A stretch of DNA of 64,000 bases from Anaeramoeba ignava BMAN (Eukaryota; Protista; Anaeramoebae). This document shows, in pieces, positions 25,975-37,904 of the stretch. The first letter of the stretch is position 1. The number at the start of each line of letters is the position of its first letter. Under the pieces are notes generated by a model. The model was given only the letters and a program-made list of their open reading frames with translations. It was not told the DNA's origin and made no database searches. Position numbers and translations under genes: made by a program. Location of the stretch: positions 496,001-560,000 of the forward strand of contig JAPDFW010000081.1 in assembly GCA_028826165.1 (NCBI GenBank), written 5' to 3'.

Positions 25975-28900
25975 ATGAAAAATTCTTTTTTAATTTCTTT
26001 TTTATTTTTTTTAATTTTTAATTTTAATTTTATTTTTTCTCAAAATCAAATTTTTTATCAACAATTTTTTATTACAAGAACTCCTGATATTTTAATTGAA
26101 TCAACAACAAAAACAACAGATTCATTTCTTGCAATTTTATCTTTAAACAAAACTAATGAAGAAAATAAACCTAAAATTGTTAAAACAAGTTATTTTGAAG
26201 CAATTGATGAATTATCAAATTTACTTGGATTTTTTTCATTTTCAGAAAAAAATAGAAATTTAATTCAAAATGAAAATGAAAATCAAATTGAAAATCAAAA
26301 TCAAAATCAAAATCAAAATCAAAATCAAAATGAAAATGAAAATCAAAATGAAAATGAAATTGAAAATCAAAATCAAAATCAAAATGAAAATGAAAATCAA
26401 ATTGAAAATGAAAATGAAAATGAAAATGAAAATGAAAATCAAAATCAAAATCAAATGAAAATGAAAATCAAAATCAAAATCAAATTGAAAATCAAAATCA
26501 AAATCAAAATCAAAATGAAAATCAAAATCAAAATCAAAATGAAAATGAAAATGAAAATGAAAATGAAAATGAAAATGAAAATGAAAATGAAAATCAAAAT
26601 TAAAAAAATCAAATTAAAATTAAAATATAAAAAACAAAAATCAAAATCAAAATCAAAATCAAAATGAAAATGAAAATGAAAATCAAAATCAAAATAAAAT
26701 TGAAAATGAAAATCAACAAAATGAAAATGAAAATTCAATTTTATTACAAAAAAATGTTTTTGAATCACAATTTCCAAAATCTAATTTATTAATTAATTTT
26801 CTTTCAATTGGTGAAAATGATTTAAAAAATATTTCTGATTTAAAATATTTTCCAAAACTTTTTCAACAACATAATATTTTAAGATTTACAAATTTAGAAG
26901 AAAATTCAAATCAAAATTCAAATCAAAATCAAAATCAAAATTTAGAAAAAAATTTAAATCAAAATTTAGAAGAAAATTTAAATCAAATTCAAAATCAAAT
27001 TTATCATCAAGATTCTCAATCATTATTAACTTCTATAATAACAGGTTCATTTCCTTCAAAACATGGAATTACTTCAAAATGGTGGCTTCAAAAATTTTCA
27101 CCATTTAAATCAACAATAATGGAATTATTTGCTCAAATTTTTCCTGAAGATTCAATGATAATTTCATTTTCTTCAGATGAAAAAATAAGTACTTTAACTG
27201 GATTGAGAAAAGAAATTCAAAAAAGTTTAAAATACAAAAATTTATTCACATCATCATATCAACAAAAAAACAAAAAACTTGTTGGATTTCCAAAAGTAAA
27301 AGCAAAATCTTTTAAAGAATTTTTTGATTTTTCAAATGAACAACCTGAAATTTTCATTAATTTTATCAAAAATGGAGGGAAAATTATTTATAATGAAAAA
27401 ATGAATTTATTATCAATTTTCAGTTTGAAAAGTAATATTGATGTTGATTTTAATCTTAATGATTCAGTAATTTGTTCTTTTATTGCAGAAATTATGGGAC
27501 TTGATTATATAATAAAATTTGCAAAAGAAAAAAACAAAACAATTTCAGAATTAAGATTATTTACAACAATTACATTTGCTTCTTTAAGTGAAATTCGAAA
27601 GAATTCAACAGAAAATTTTAATGATGCAATTAAGATTCTTGATGTTATTTTACCTGAAGTAATTAATTTCAAAAATTTTAATTTAATTTATTTATAAAAT
27701 TAATTATAAAATTATTTATAAAATTAAATATAAAATTATTTATAAAATTAATTATAAAATTAAATATAAAATTAAATTATTTATAAAATTAATTATAAAA
27801 TTTATAAAATTTATAAATTATTTATAAAATTAATTATAAAATTAAATATAAAATTATTTATAAAAATTAAATTATTTATAAAATTATTTATAAAATTATT
27901 TATAAAATTATTTATAAAATTATTTATAAAATTATTTATAAAATTATTTATAAAATTATTTATAAAATTATTTATAAAATTATTTATAAAATTATTTATA
28001 AAATTATTTATAAAATTATTTATAAAATTATTTATAAAATTATTTATAAAATTATTTATAAAATTATTTATAAAATTATTTATATAAAATTATTTATAAA
28101 AATTATTTATAAAATTATTTATAAAATTATTTATAAAATTAATTATAAAAATTATTTATAAAATTATTTATAAAATTATTTATAAAATTAAATATAAAAT
28201 TATTTATAAAATTAAATATAAAATTATTTATAAAATTATTTTATAAAATTATTTATAAAATTAATTATAAAATTATTATTTATAAAAATTATTTATAAAA
28301 TTATTTATAAAATTATTTTATAAAATTATTTATAAAATTATTTATAAAATTATTTATATAAAATTATTTATATAAAATTAAATTTATAAAATTATTTATA
28401 AAAATATTTTAAAAAAATTTATAAAATTATTTATAAAATTATTTATAAAATTATTTATAAAATTATTTATAAAATTATTTATAAAATTATTTATAAAAAA
28501 TTATTTATAAAATTAATTTATAAAATTATTTATAAAATTATTTATAAAATTATTTATAAAATTATTTATAAAATTATTTATAAAATTATTTATAAAATTA
28601 TTTATAAAATTATTTATAAAATTATTTATAAAATTATTTATAAAATTATTTATAAAATTATTTATAAAATTATTTATAAAATTATTTATAAAATTATTTA
28701 TAAAATTAATTATAAAATTATTTATAAAATTATTTATAAAATTATTTATAAAATTATTTATAAAATTATTTATAAAATTATTTATAAAATTATTTATAAA
28801 ATTATTTCTAAAATCGGATAAAAATTTTTTGATTTAATTTTTTAAAAAAAAAAAAAAGTTTATCAAACAATTCCAATTAATTACAAATAAAAGTTTTATA

Positions 28901-29353
28901 ACTGAATTACTTTTTATTAATGAACAAAAATTGGAAAAAAAACATTTAGCAAAATTAATATTTGATACTTTTAAAAAAGAAATTATAACAGATGAAGAAA
29001 CTACATTTAAAATCTTTCCAGAAATTTATCTTAAAAAAAATTTAACTTCATCTCAAATTGAAAAAATTTGTTCAGAAATTCAAAATCAAATTCTTTTTGA
29101 TTTTAATTCAAATTCTTCAATTAATTATAAAATTCATTGTTTTGGAAAAAATGAAAATCGATTAACAAAAGAAGTTCATCCACTTTCTAAAAAATTTTAT
29201 ATTAATGAAGCTAAACAATTTCCTTCAAATCTTCCATTTTCAAAAGATTTAAAAAGATTTTTTGGAACAATAATTTTAATTCTTTTAACTTTTCTTTTTT
29301 TCTTTTTATTTTGTTCAATGAAACAAAATGAATCAAAAAAATTAATTCTTTAA
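25975..29353 (+). CDS. Type I membrane protein, possibly ATP6AP2/(pro)renin-receptor-like; intron approx. 27659-28858
   Basis: Signal peptide [22 protein letters not shown], luminal domain with NQ insert and SIITGSFPSKHGITSKWW, C-terminal TM FFGTIILILLTFLFFFLFCSM plus short tail; frameshifts in NQ tract; family call is tentative. Confidence 0.5.
27680..28810. repeat. 12-bp (TTATTTATAAAA)n intronic minisatellite
   Basis: About 1.1 kb of near-perfect 12-mers. Confidence 0.95.
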
Positions 29354-29526
29354 ATTTAAAATTAAAAAATAAAAAATAAAAAATTTAAATTGAAATTCTT
29401 TTAATTTTTTGTAAGAAAAAGAAAGTAAAAAAAAGTTTTTTGTGTTTTTTTTTAAGTTAATTGAATTTTTGAATTAAATTTTTTTTTTTGAATTAAAATT
29501 GTTTTAATTTTTTTAATTTTAAAATT

Positions 29527-32500
29527 TTAAAAATTTCCGAAATCATTTCCTCCTCCAAAATTTTGATTAAATCCAGTATTACTATTAAATCCACTATCAT
29601 AAAAACCACCTTGATCAAAAACAATTTCATTATCATCTTCAGATTGAATTTCATCTTGATTTTGTTCATCTTCTTCTTCTTTTTTCTTTTCTTCTTTAAT
29701 TTGATTTAAATCTGATTGTAAAGATAAAATAGTAGAAGAAAATTCTCTCATAACTTGAATAATAAACGGCATAGCAAAATCAGTGAAATTAAATCTCCAA
29801 GAAAGTTCAAGAGCAACATCAGGATGAATAATATCATAACAAGTAAAAAGACAAGCAGAAAAACATTCTTTAAGGGATTTTTCAGCGAAAAAAGTAAGTA
29901 ATTCTTCCGCAATTTTTGAGTCTTTAGAAGCTGCGGCTGTATCAATTGCATCCTTATAAATTAAATCTGATTTTGATAATTCAACTGATTTTGCATATCG
30001 TTTGTTTTTGCGGTAAATATATGCTGCTATAATTCGGAATTGTATTAATTCGTGTTGCTCAAGTTGTTGTGCTAATGAAAGTTGATCAAAATTTGCAAAT
30101 GTATCGATTGAATGTCTGAGATTTTCAAACTCTCCATCTTCAATATAAAGTTCGTTTAATGCTAAATTAACTGCTGGAATGTTATTATTTTGAACAGAAA
30201 TCAAATACGGTTTTATTAAAGGTAAATCTGATGTATTTCTGAATTGCAAAACAACTCGTGAATGATCAACTTTGGGACTTAAAACTGATAATAATTCATT
30301 CAAAAGAAGTGGATGATCTTTCAAATAGAAATCAAGAGCTTTATAACAAATATCAACGCTTGTTAAATCTTTGCAAACATCCTTGAATCTTTCGTGTGTC
30401 CATGACTCAATGGGATGATTAATTATTGTCAGAACTGCGTTGTTTACTTCCTGATAAAGAATATAAAGATATGATAATTCATTCCATTGATGTAATTGAT
30501 CACATTGACGAATTAATTTTGCAATATTCATTTTATTCGAATATAATTTAATATGCGGAAGTAGTTTTTCTTGTGAATATTTTGAATATAAAATTCCGAG
30601 TTCAGTAAACATTGCTGGATGAGAACTTTCGAGTTTAAGTCCAGCTTCTAAAAGCTGAATAACCTCTTCAAAATGGCCTCTATGTTCGTAATATTTGATA
30701 ACTTCATCCATTTCATCAGCATGAATTATAATATTAAGTCCACTTACTTGTGCGAGTCTGAACTCCTTCGCATCAACACAAGCCATATTAACCTCCTTCC
30801 AAGTACGTGTTGAATTAGCTTTTCTTGCAGCATCAACAGCTGGTCCAAATTCCTTCAAACGAATCAAAGTTGATGCGAGTCTTGAGAAGTTACTGACATT
30901 ATTATAAAGTAATTTTGCTGCTTGATACATTTCTTCGTCATAACATCTATCTGCAACTGCTTGAATTTGGGCCACATTGGGTCCGTTGATTAATTCTTCA
31001 AGCTCAACTAAACTATCCACTCTTGCAAATGCGTATATTAATTCAGTCTCGATTTTGGGCTCTTTTATATGTGTTCTTGCCATTTTTAAGAATTTCACAA
31101 GATCTTCAAAATATTCTCCACTTTGATTCACAATGAAAATAACACGATCATAATTTGAAGGATCATCAGCTTTTAAATAAGAATCAATTCCTTTGTCAAC
31201 AAATCCTCTTTCAAGTTGTACTTTAGCGAGAGTTGACCAAACATCAGGTTCATCGCAAATCTCAGCCCAAGAAAGACCTCGTTCAAGGGATTTAATGTTA
31301 TTGATAAGCACTTCAACAGCTCTTACATTTTCACCGTGTTTTTTGAATATCAAAAATGCTTCTTCATAAAGTTCAGCTCCAATAGCAACATCAGCAATTC
31401 TTATTGGATCGTAATTGTTCAATTTCTCAATGTAATCTTTTACTCTTGATGGATCTGCCTTGATTGCAGTAACAAGTAAAAGATTCTGCAAATTGCTGTT
31501 ATCGCTAAATCTTGAATTTTCAAGAACAATTTTCTCTAACAAATTGATTAATTGATTTGGTAATTCAGCTGCAATAAAGGCTTTAACAGCAATCGATACT
31601 TCTTCTGCTGTTTTTGCTTTAGGAAGTGCGGATGAAATTACTTGATCAATAAGTTGTTGTCTGAAACTGTTTTCTTCTGATAAAACAAATTCCCAAAGAT
31701 CCAAATCTTGTCTTTCCACAAGATAACTAGCTTGCTCTTTAAACAATGTGTTTTTATTTGTAATTTCAACTAATTCTTTATCGCATTTCCCTCTTCGATA
31801 AGCAACAAAAGCCAAAAATGGGTTTTTCTTTTCACAATATTTTCCAACACTTAAAGAATCATAAAATGGATTTTCCTCAAGAAATTTCTCAGGATCACGA
31901 TTGATGTCAATATAAATTTTTGCAATTGCACTGTGAGTTGCTGAATCTTCATCTCCTTCTTCTATTCTCTTCTCAAGCATTGGTAATAATAGCTTCAATC
32001 TTCCTCGTTTGGCAAGTTCTTCTGATAAATCTTCAACAGGTGCAACTGTGTAAATTGACATGACTAAATTTTTGATAAATTCTTCATTGCAATCCAAATC
32101 AATAAGTGCTCCAACTACAAAATGTGATTTTGAAGGACTGATTTTTTTGAACATAAATCTCGATATAATTCATTGCTGTTGATTTGTATAAAAACTTTGT
32201 GAGATCATCAACAAATCCAAAACGATCGCAAACAATAATCAATGGGATGTAATTTTTCAATCCGCAATTCATCAAAAATTCCTTAACTTGTTGAGGATCA
32301 TAAGCATTTGAATTTTTCACAATATTTTCAACTTCTTTGATTTGCCCAATTTTCACTCCTGCTTCAATATATTTGAATGCAACACTTGGATCTTCACTTA
32401 AAGCAACAACTTTTGCCAAGAAATAAAACAATCCTTCATATGAATTGTATGATTCAAATAAGCCAATCAATTTTTCAATTCCTGTTTTTTCGTAATAAGT

Positions 32501-35500
32501 TGATGCGATTTGAACAACAACTTGGAGATTTTTGCGAATATCATAAGAAAGCATTTCATTGAGACAATCAAGAAGATATTCAGTGAATTTCTCTTCAGGG
32601 AATTTAGTGAAGAAATTAACAAGAAAATCTTTTGGAATTAAATCAGAATGAACAATAACTCTTTTGATTGATTTAAGATCATCATAATGTTCCAAAGCTC
32701 TTTGATACAAACCAGCTTGTTCACATAAATATGCAATTTTAGCAGTATCATAATGAGAAAAAACATCCTGACCCAATATCGCATCTGCAACTCTTGGAGC
32801 TGCTTTTAAATTGATTTCCAACAATGTTGTTTGCAAAGGTCCATCTTCTTCTTTATCATCCTTAAGAACATCAAGCAAGAGTTGTGTTAATTCTTTGATC
32901 ATATTTGCGTTCAGGAAAATTGTGATCACGACTTGGATATCAATAAGTGGTTTTTCATTTTCTTCACTGAGTAATAATTGGACAAAACTCACAGCACCAG
33001 CTTGATCAATACGGATAATATTTGAGAGCAAAAATGCATAATCAGGTTGATATCCAACTTTGTTTGCATAGATTATAATGTTTTGGTATTGTCCTCGTTC
33101 AGCAAGACTTTGCACAACTTTGGCTGATGCTTTTGCACGGAGATAAACAGACAAAGCAAGTTGTGTATCGAATTGTCTTATCAAATCACCAAGTTCTTCA
33201 GAACATTCAAGTTTTTCTTCTTTCAACCATTTCTCAACTAATTGTAATTTTCCTCCTTGCAAAACTCTTCGGCATAATTCTATTGATTCATAAGAATTAA
33301 GTGAACCTCTTTCAAGAAGAACAGAGAAATATTGCAAAAGTGGATGAGGTTGTCCTTGGATAGGAGGAGCCTTTTCAAAAAGAGCAACTGTTTGAGGAGT
33401 TCTGAGGAAACCTTTTGGAGAATCTGCAACAACTTTGGCTGCTTGTTGATAATTTCTTTGATTGTATAAAACACTTAATTGATTTGAGAAAATATCGTTT
33501 GCTCCTGATAAATTGCATTCAGTTGCTTTTTGGATTGCCAATTCAGGATTCTGTAATTTTGTTGAAATGTAAGAGATGAATGTGTCCTCATTGATTGAGA
33601 TTGATAAAACTTGTCCCTTTTTATTGATTCCAATAATTCCCTTTCCATTTTCATCCATTGTTGTTCTGAATATAGTGTCTGCAGAAATGCGGTTTGCATA
33701 AATCAAAGTTGCTGTTTGCAGATCGTAAATATGAAAGAATCCAAATTTGGTGATTAAATAGATGATTGAGTATTTCTCGCTAATTTCCATTGCGACTGGA
33801 AAATCAGCCGGAACATCTGTACTTTGATACATTTCTGTTGCGACTTTTTTGAATTCAGGTTCATTTGCTCTTAAATCAGCGCCAACTTCAATAACATGAA
33901 GTCTTGAGATTGTGTCTGTTTTCAAAGTGAATGCGAATACCATTGATGGTGTTGTTGCTCCTTCTACTTTGTATGAGCAAAAGGCTGCTGCATGACTGTC
34001 TAATTTTTGTGATCCTTTTTTATCTATTGAATATAATTGAGAAATTCCTGCAATTCTTTGGTCTATTTGTGTTAATCCTGTAAGAACACACCATTTTCCA
34101 TCTGGAGAAACTTGATAATTAATAATTTGTGTATCTAATAATTCTTGTTGGATATCAAAAACGTATTGAGGATCAGAATCACCTAAAAAAAATAATAAAT
34201 AAAAATAAATTAATTAAAATAAAATAAATTATATAAAATTAAATTAATTACCATCCATTGTCCAATGATATACTTTTGTTGGTGTAACAATTGCAAGTGC
34301 ATTATCTGAAATCCATTTCCAAAAAGATACTTCTTCATTCATAACATAACTTTTCATTTTTGATCTCATTTCAAGATTAAAGACTTGTAAAGTTTTTGCA
34401 GCTATTTTTTTTATTTAAAATTTAAAATTTAAATTTAATTTATTTATATTTATATTTATATTATTTAAATATTTATATTTATATTTATATTTATATTTAT
34501 ATTTATATTTATATTTATATTTATATTTATATTTATATTTATATTTATATTTATATTTATATTTATATTTTATTTATATTTATATTTATATTTATATTTA
34601 TATTTATATTTATATTTATATTTATATTTATATTTATATTTTATATTTATTTATATTTATATTTATATTTATATTTATATTATTTATATTTTATATTTAT
34701 TTATTTTATATTTTATATTTATATATTTATATTTATATTTATATTTTATATTTTATATTTATATTTTATATTTATATTTATATTTATATTTATATTTTAT
34801 ATTTATATTATTTATATTTATATTTATATTTATATTTATATTTATATTTATATTTATATTTATATTTATATTTATATTTATATTTATATTTATATTTATA
34901 TTTATATTTATATTTATATTTATATTTATATTTATATTTTATATTTATATTTATATTTTATATTTATATTTATAATTTATATTTATATTTATATTTATAT
35001 TTATATTTATATTTATGAGTATTTATATTTATATTTATATTTATATTTTTATATTTATATTTATATTTATATTTATATTTATATTTATATTTATATTTAT
35101 ATTTATATTTATATTTATATTTATATTTATATTTATATTTATATTTATATTTATATTTATATTTATATTTATATTTATATTTATATTTATATTTATATTT
35201 ATATTTATATTTATATTTATATTTATATTTATATTTTATATTTTATATTTATATTTATATTTATGTTTATATTTTATATTTATGTATTTATATTTATATT
35301 TTATTTATATTTATATTTATATTTATATTTATATTTATATTTATATTTATATTTATATTTATATTTATATTTTATATTATGTTTATATTTTTTATATTTA
35401 TATTTATATTTATATTTATATTTATATTTATATTTATATTTATATTTATATATTTATATTTATATTTATATTTATATTTATATTTATATTTATATTTATA

Positions 35501-35992
35501 TTTATATTTATATTTATATTTATATTTATATTTATATTTATATTTATATTTATATTTATATTTATATTTATATTTATATTTATATTTATATTTATATTTA
35601 TATTTATATTTATATTTATATTTATATTTATATTTATATTTATATTTATATTTATATTTATATTTATATTTATATTTATATTTATATTTATATTTATATT
35701 TATATTTATATTTATAATATTTATATTATTTATTAAAATTACCTTTTAATGCAATAACAAATGATTTTGGATTCATAATTGCTGAATCTGCTTTAATTGG
35801 TCTTTTTGATAATTGATGAGGATTTTTTAAATCAACAATTATAACATTTGCAGCTTGCTCTGTTTGTTCTTGAACACAAATATATTTATGACTTTCCATT
35901 GTTGTTGTATGAAATCCAAAAAATTCAGGATCAATTCCAAGGTCTTTTAAATTTAAAATTTCAACATATTTTATTGGTAAATTTTGTGCCAT
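29527..35992 (-). CDS. CLTC: Clathrin heavy chain (exons 35992-35743, 34401-34252, 34182-29527)
   Basis: [77 protein letters not shown]; single frameshift at a homopolymer near 32145. Confidence 0.97.
34440..35720. repeat. (TATATT)n microsatellite filling clathrin intron 1
   Basis: About 1.3 kb hexamer repeat; spurious IF/YL/IY ORFs. Confidence 0.95.
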
Positions 35993-36202
35993 TTTTCCTT
36001 TTTTTAAAAAAGAAAAGAAAGAAGAAAAATGAAAAAAAAATGAAAATTAAAAAATTAAAAAAGAAAAAAAATTTTTTTTAATTATTTTTTTATTTATTTA
36101 TTTGGGCAAAAGGAGAAAAATAAAAAATAAAAATAAAAAATAATTTTTTCTCCTTTTCTTTTTTCATTTTTATTTTTTTTAATTTTTTAATTTAAATTTA
36201 AA

Positions 36203-37561
36203 ATGGAATTTAAATCAATTATTTGTCCTATTTGTAAACAAAAATATTCAAAAGAAAGAAAACCAATGATTATTTGTTTAAAATCTCATTCAATTTGTGA
36301 AAAATGTTTAAAAACAATAAATAAATGTTTATTTTGTGGAACAACATTTAAAAAATTTAAACCAATTCCAAATGAACCATTTTTAAAATTTATTGAAGAA
36401 ATTCAAAATCAAAATGAAAAACAAAATCAAAAGAAAATCAAAAAAAAAAGAAAAAGAAAAATCAAAATCAAAAAGAAAAAGAAAAAAATACAAATCAAAA
36501 TCAAAAAAATGAAAAAGAAAAAGAAAAAGAAAATCAAAAAGAAAAAGAAAAAGTTCCAATTATTCCTTTATCTCAACTTAATATTGAAAAAGATCCTTTT
36601 GCTTTTGGTAGTTCAGCTAATATTTACAAGGCAAAATGGGGAACAAATCAAATTGTTATAAAAAAACTTTCAATTCAGACTGACGAATACAAAAAACTAT
36701 TTCAAAATGAAGTTAATTTTAATTTAAAACTGAACTATCCAAATATAATCAGAATTTTTGGAATTGTTGAATTTGATAATGATTTTGGAATCTTAATGGA
36801 ATATGCTGAACAAGGAACTTTATCTTTACAAATTGATAGCTTATCATTTCAAGAACAAATTGATTATTCTTTAGAAATTATTGATGGAATAAAATATTTA
36901 CATTTAAATTCAATTATTCATCGTGATTTAAAACCTAACCATATTTTGATATCAAATAATAAACCAAAAATTTCTGGTTTTGGAAATTCACAAATTCAGG
37001 AAAATACAATGAAAGTTGAAAAAGTAACAGCTTCACTTTTATATTCAGCTCCAGAACTTTTTAAAGAAGAAAATGAATATGATTCTTCTTGTGATATTTT
37101 CAGTTTATCAATGATTTTATTTCAAATTTTCTCAAAGAAAAACCTTTTGAAGATGAGGATTTTATGTCAATTCCTAGCAAAATTTTGAATGGAGAAAGAC
37201 CAGAATTTCCAAATGATTTTCCTAAAGAATTAATTGAAGTGATTAAAAAAGGATGGAATCAAAATCCAAAAGAAAGATGTTCATTAAATGAATTTATTCA
37301 ATGTTTGGATCAAATGAAACCAAATTTACAAAATTGAAATGAAAATTAAATAAAATCAAAATCAAAATCAAAAGTAAAATCAAAATCAAAATCAAAATCA
37401 AATCCAAAATTCAAAATTTAGAAGAAAAAATTAAAATCATGTTGAAAAATCAAATTCAAAATTCAAAAATCACCAAAATCAAAGGCAAAATTCAAAATTA
37501 AAAATTATAAAATTAAAATGGAAGCACAATTCATTTAGTTTTTCGACAATTAGGAGGTTAG
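36203..37561 (+). pseudogene. RING + pseudokinase paralog of the downstream genes, frameshifted, followed by a ubiquitin-like C-terminal remnant
   Basis: CPIC..C..HSIC..C..C..C RING; HRDLKPNH and ISGFG (DFG lost); frameshifts near 36450-36550 and 37140; stop at 37337; GSTIHLVFRQLGG* at 37520-37561. Could be an intact gene with assembly indels. Confidence 0.6.
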
Positions 37562-37904
37562 AAAAGATGGATTTTATTCAAATTCAAATTCAAAATCAAA
37601 TTCAAATTCAAAATCAAAATCAAATTCAAATTCAAAATCAAAATCAAATTCAAATTCAAATTCAAAATCAAAATCAAATTCAAAATCAAAATCAAAATCA
37701 AATTCAAATTCAAAATCAAAATCAAATTCAAATTCTTTTTTTTAATTCAAGAAATAAAACCATTTTAAAAATATTCAATTTTTTTCTTCTTTTTTATTTT
37801 CATTTTTATTTAAATTCCTACTTTTCCTTTTTTTTATTTTTTTTTTTCTTTTTCAAATTTATTTTTCATTTTTTTCTTTGTTGCTTTTTTTTTTAAAAAA
37901 AAAA

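Noticed and set aside
32099-32154. Frameshift splitting clathrin heavy chain (also in RasGEF, RCC1-BTB, ARH and NQ exons) as programmed frameshifting or pseudogenisation
   Set aside because: Mostly in homopolymer or repeat runs of otherwise well-conserved genes; most simply long-read assembly indels. Needs read-level confirmation.
35015-35749. Long ORFs of IF/YL/IY, KI/KM and IL/DF dipeptides here and throughout the ORF track
   Set aside because: Translations of hexamer microsatellites or of alternative frames and antisense of NQ tracts.
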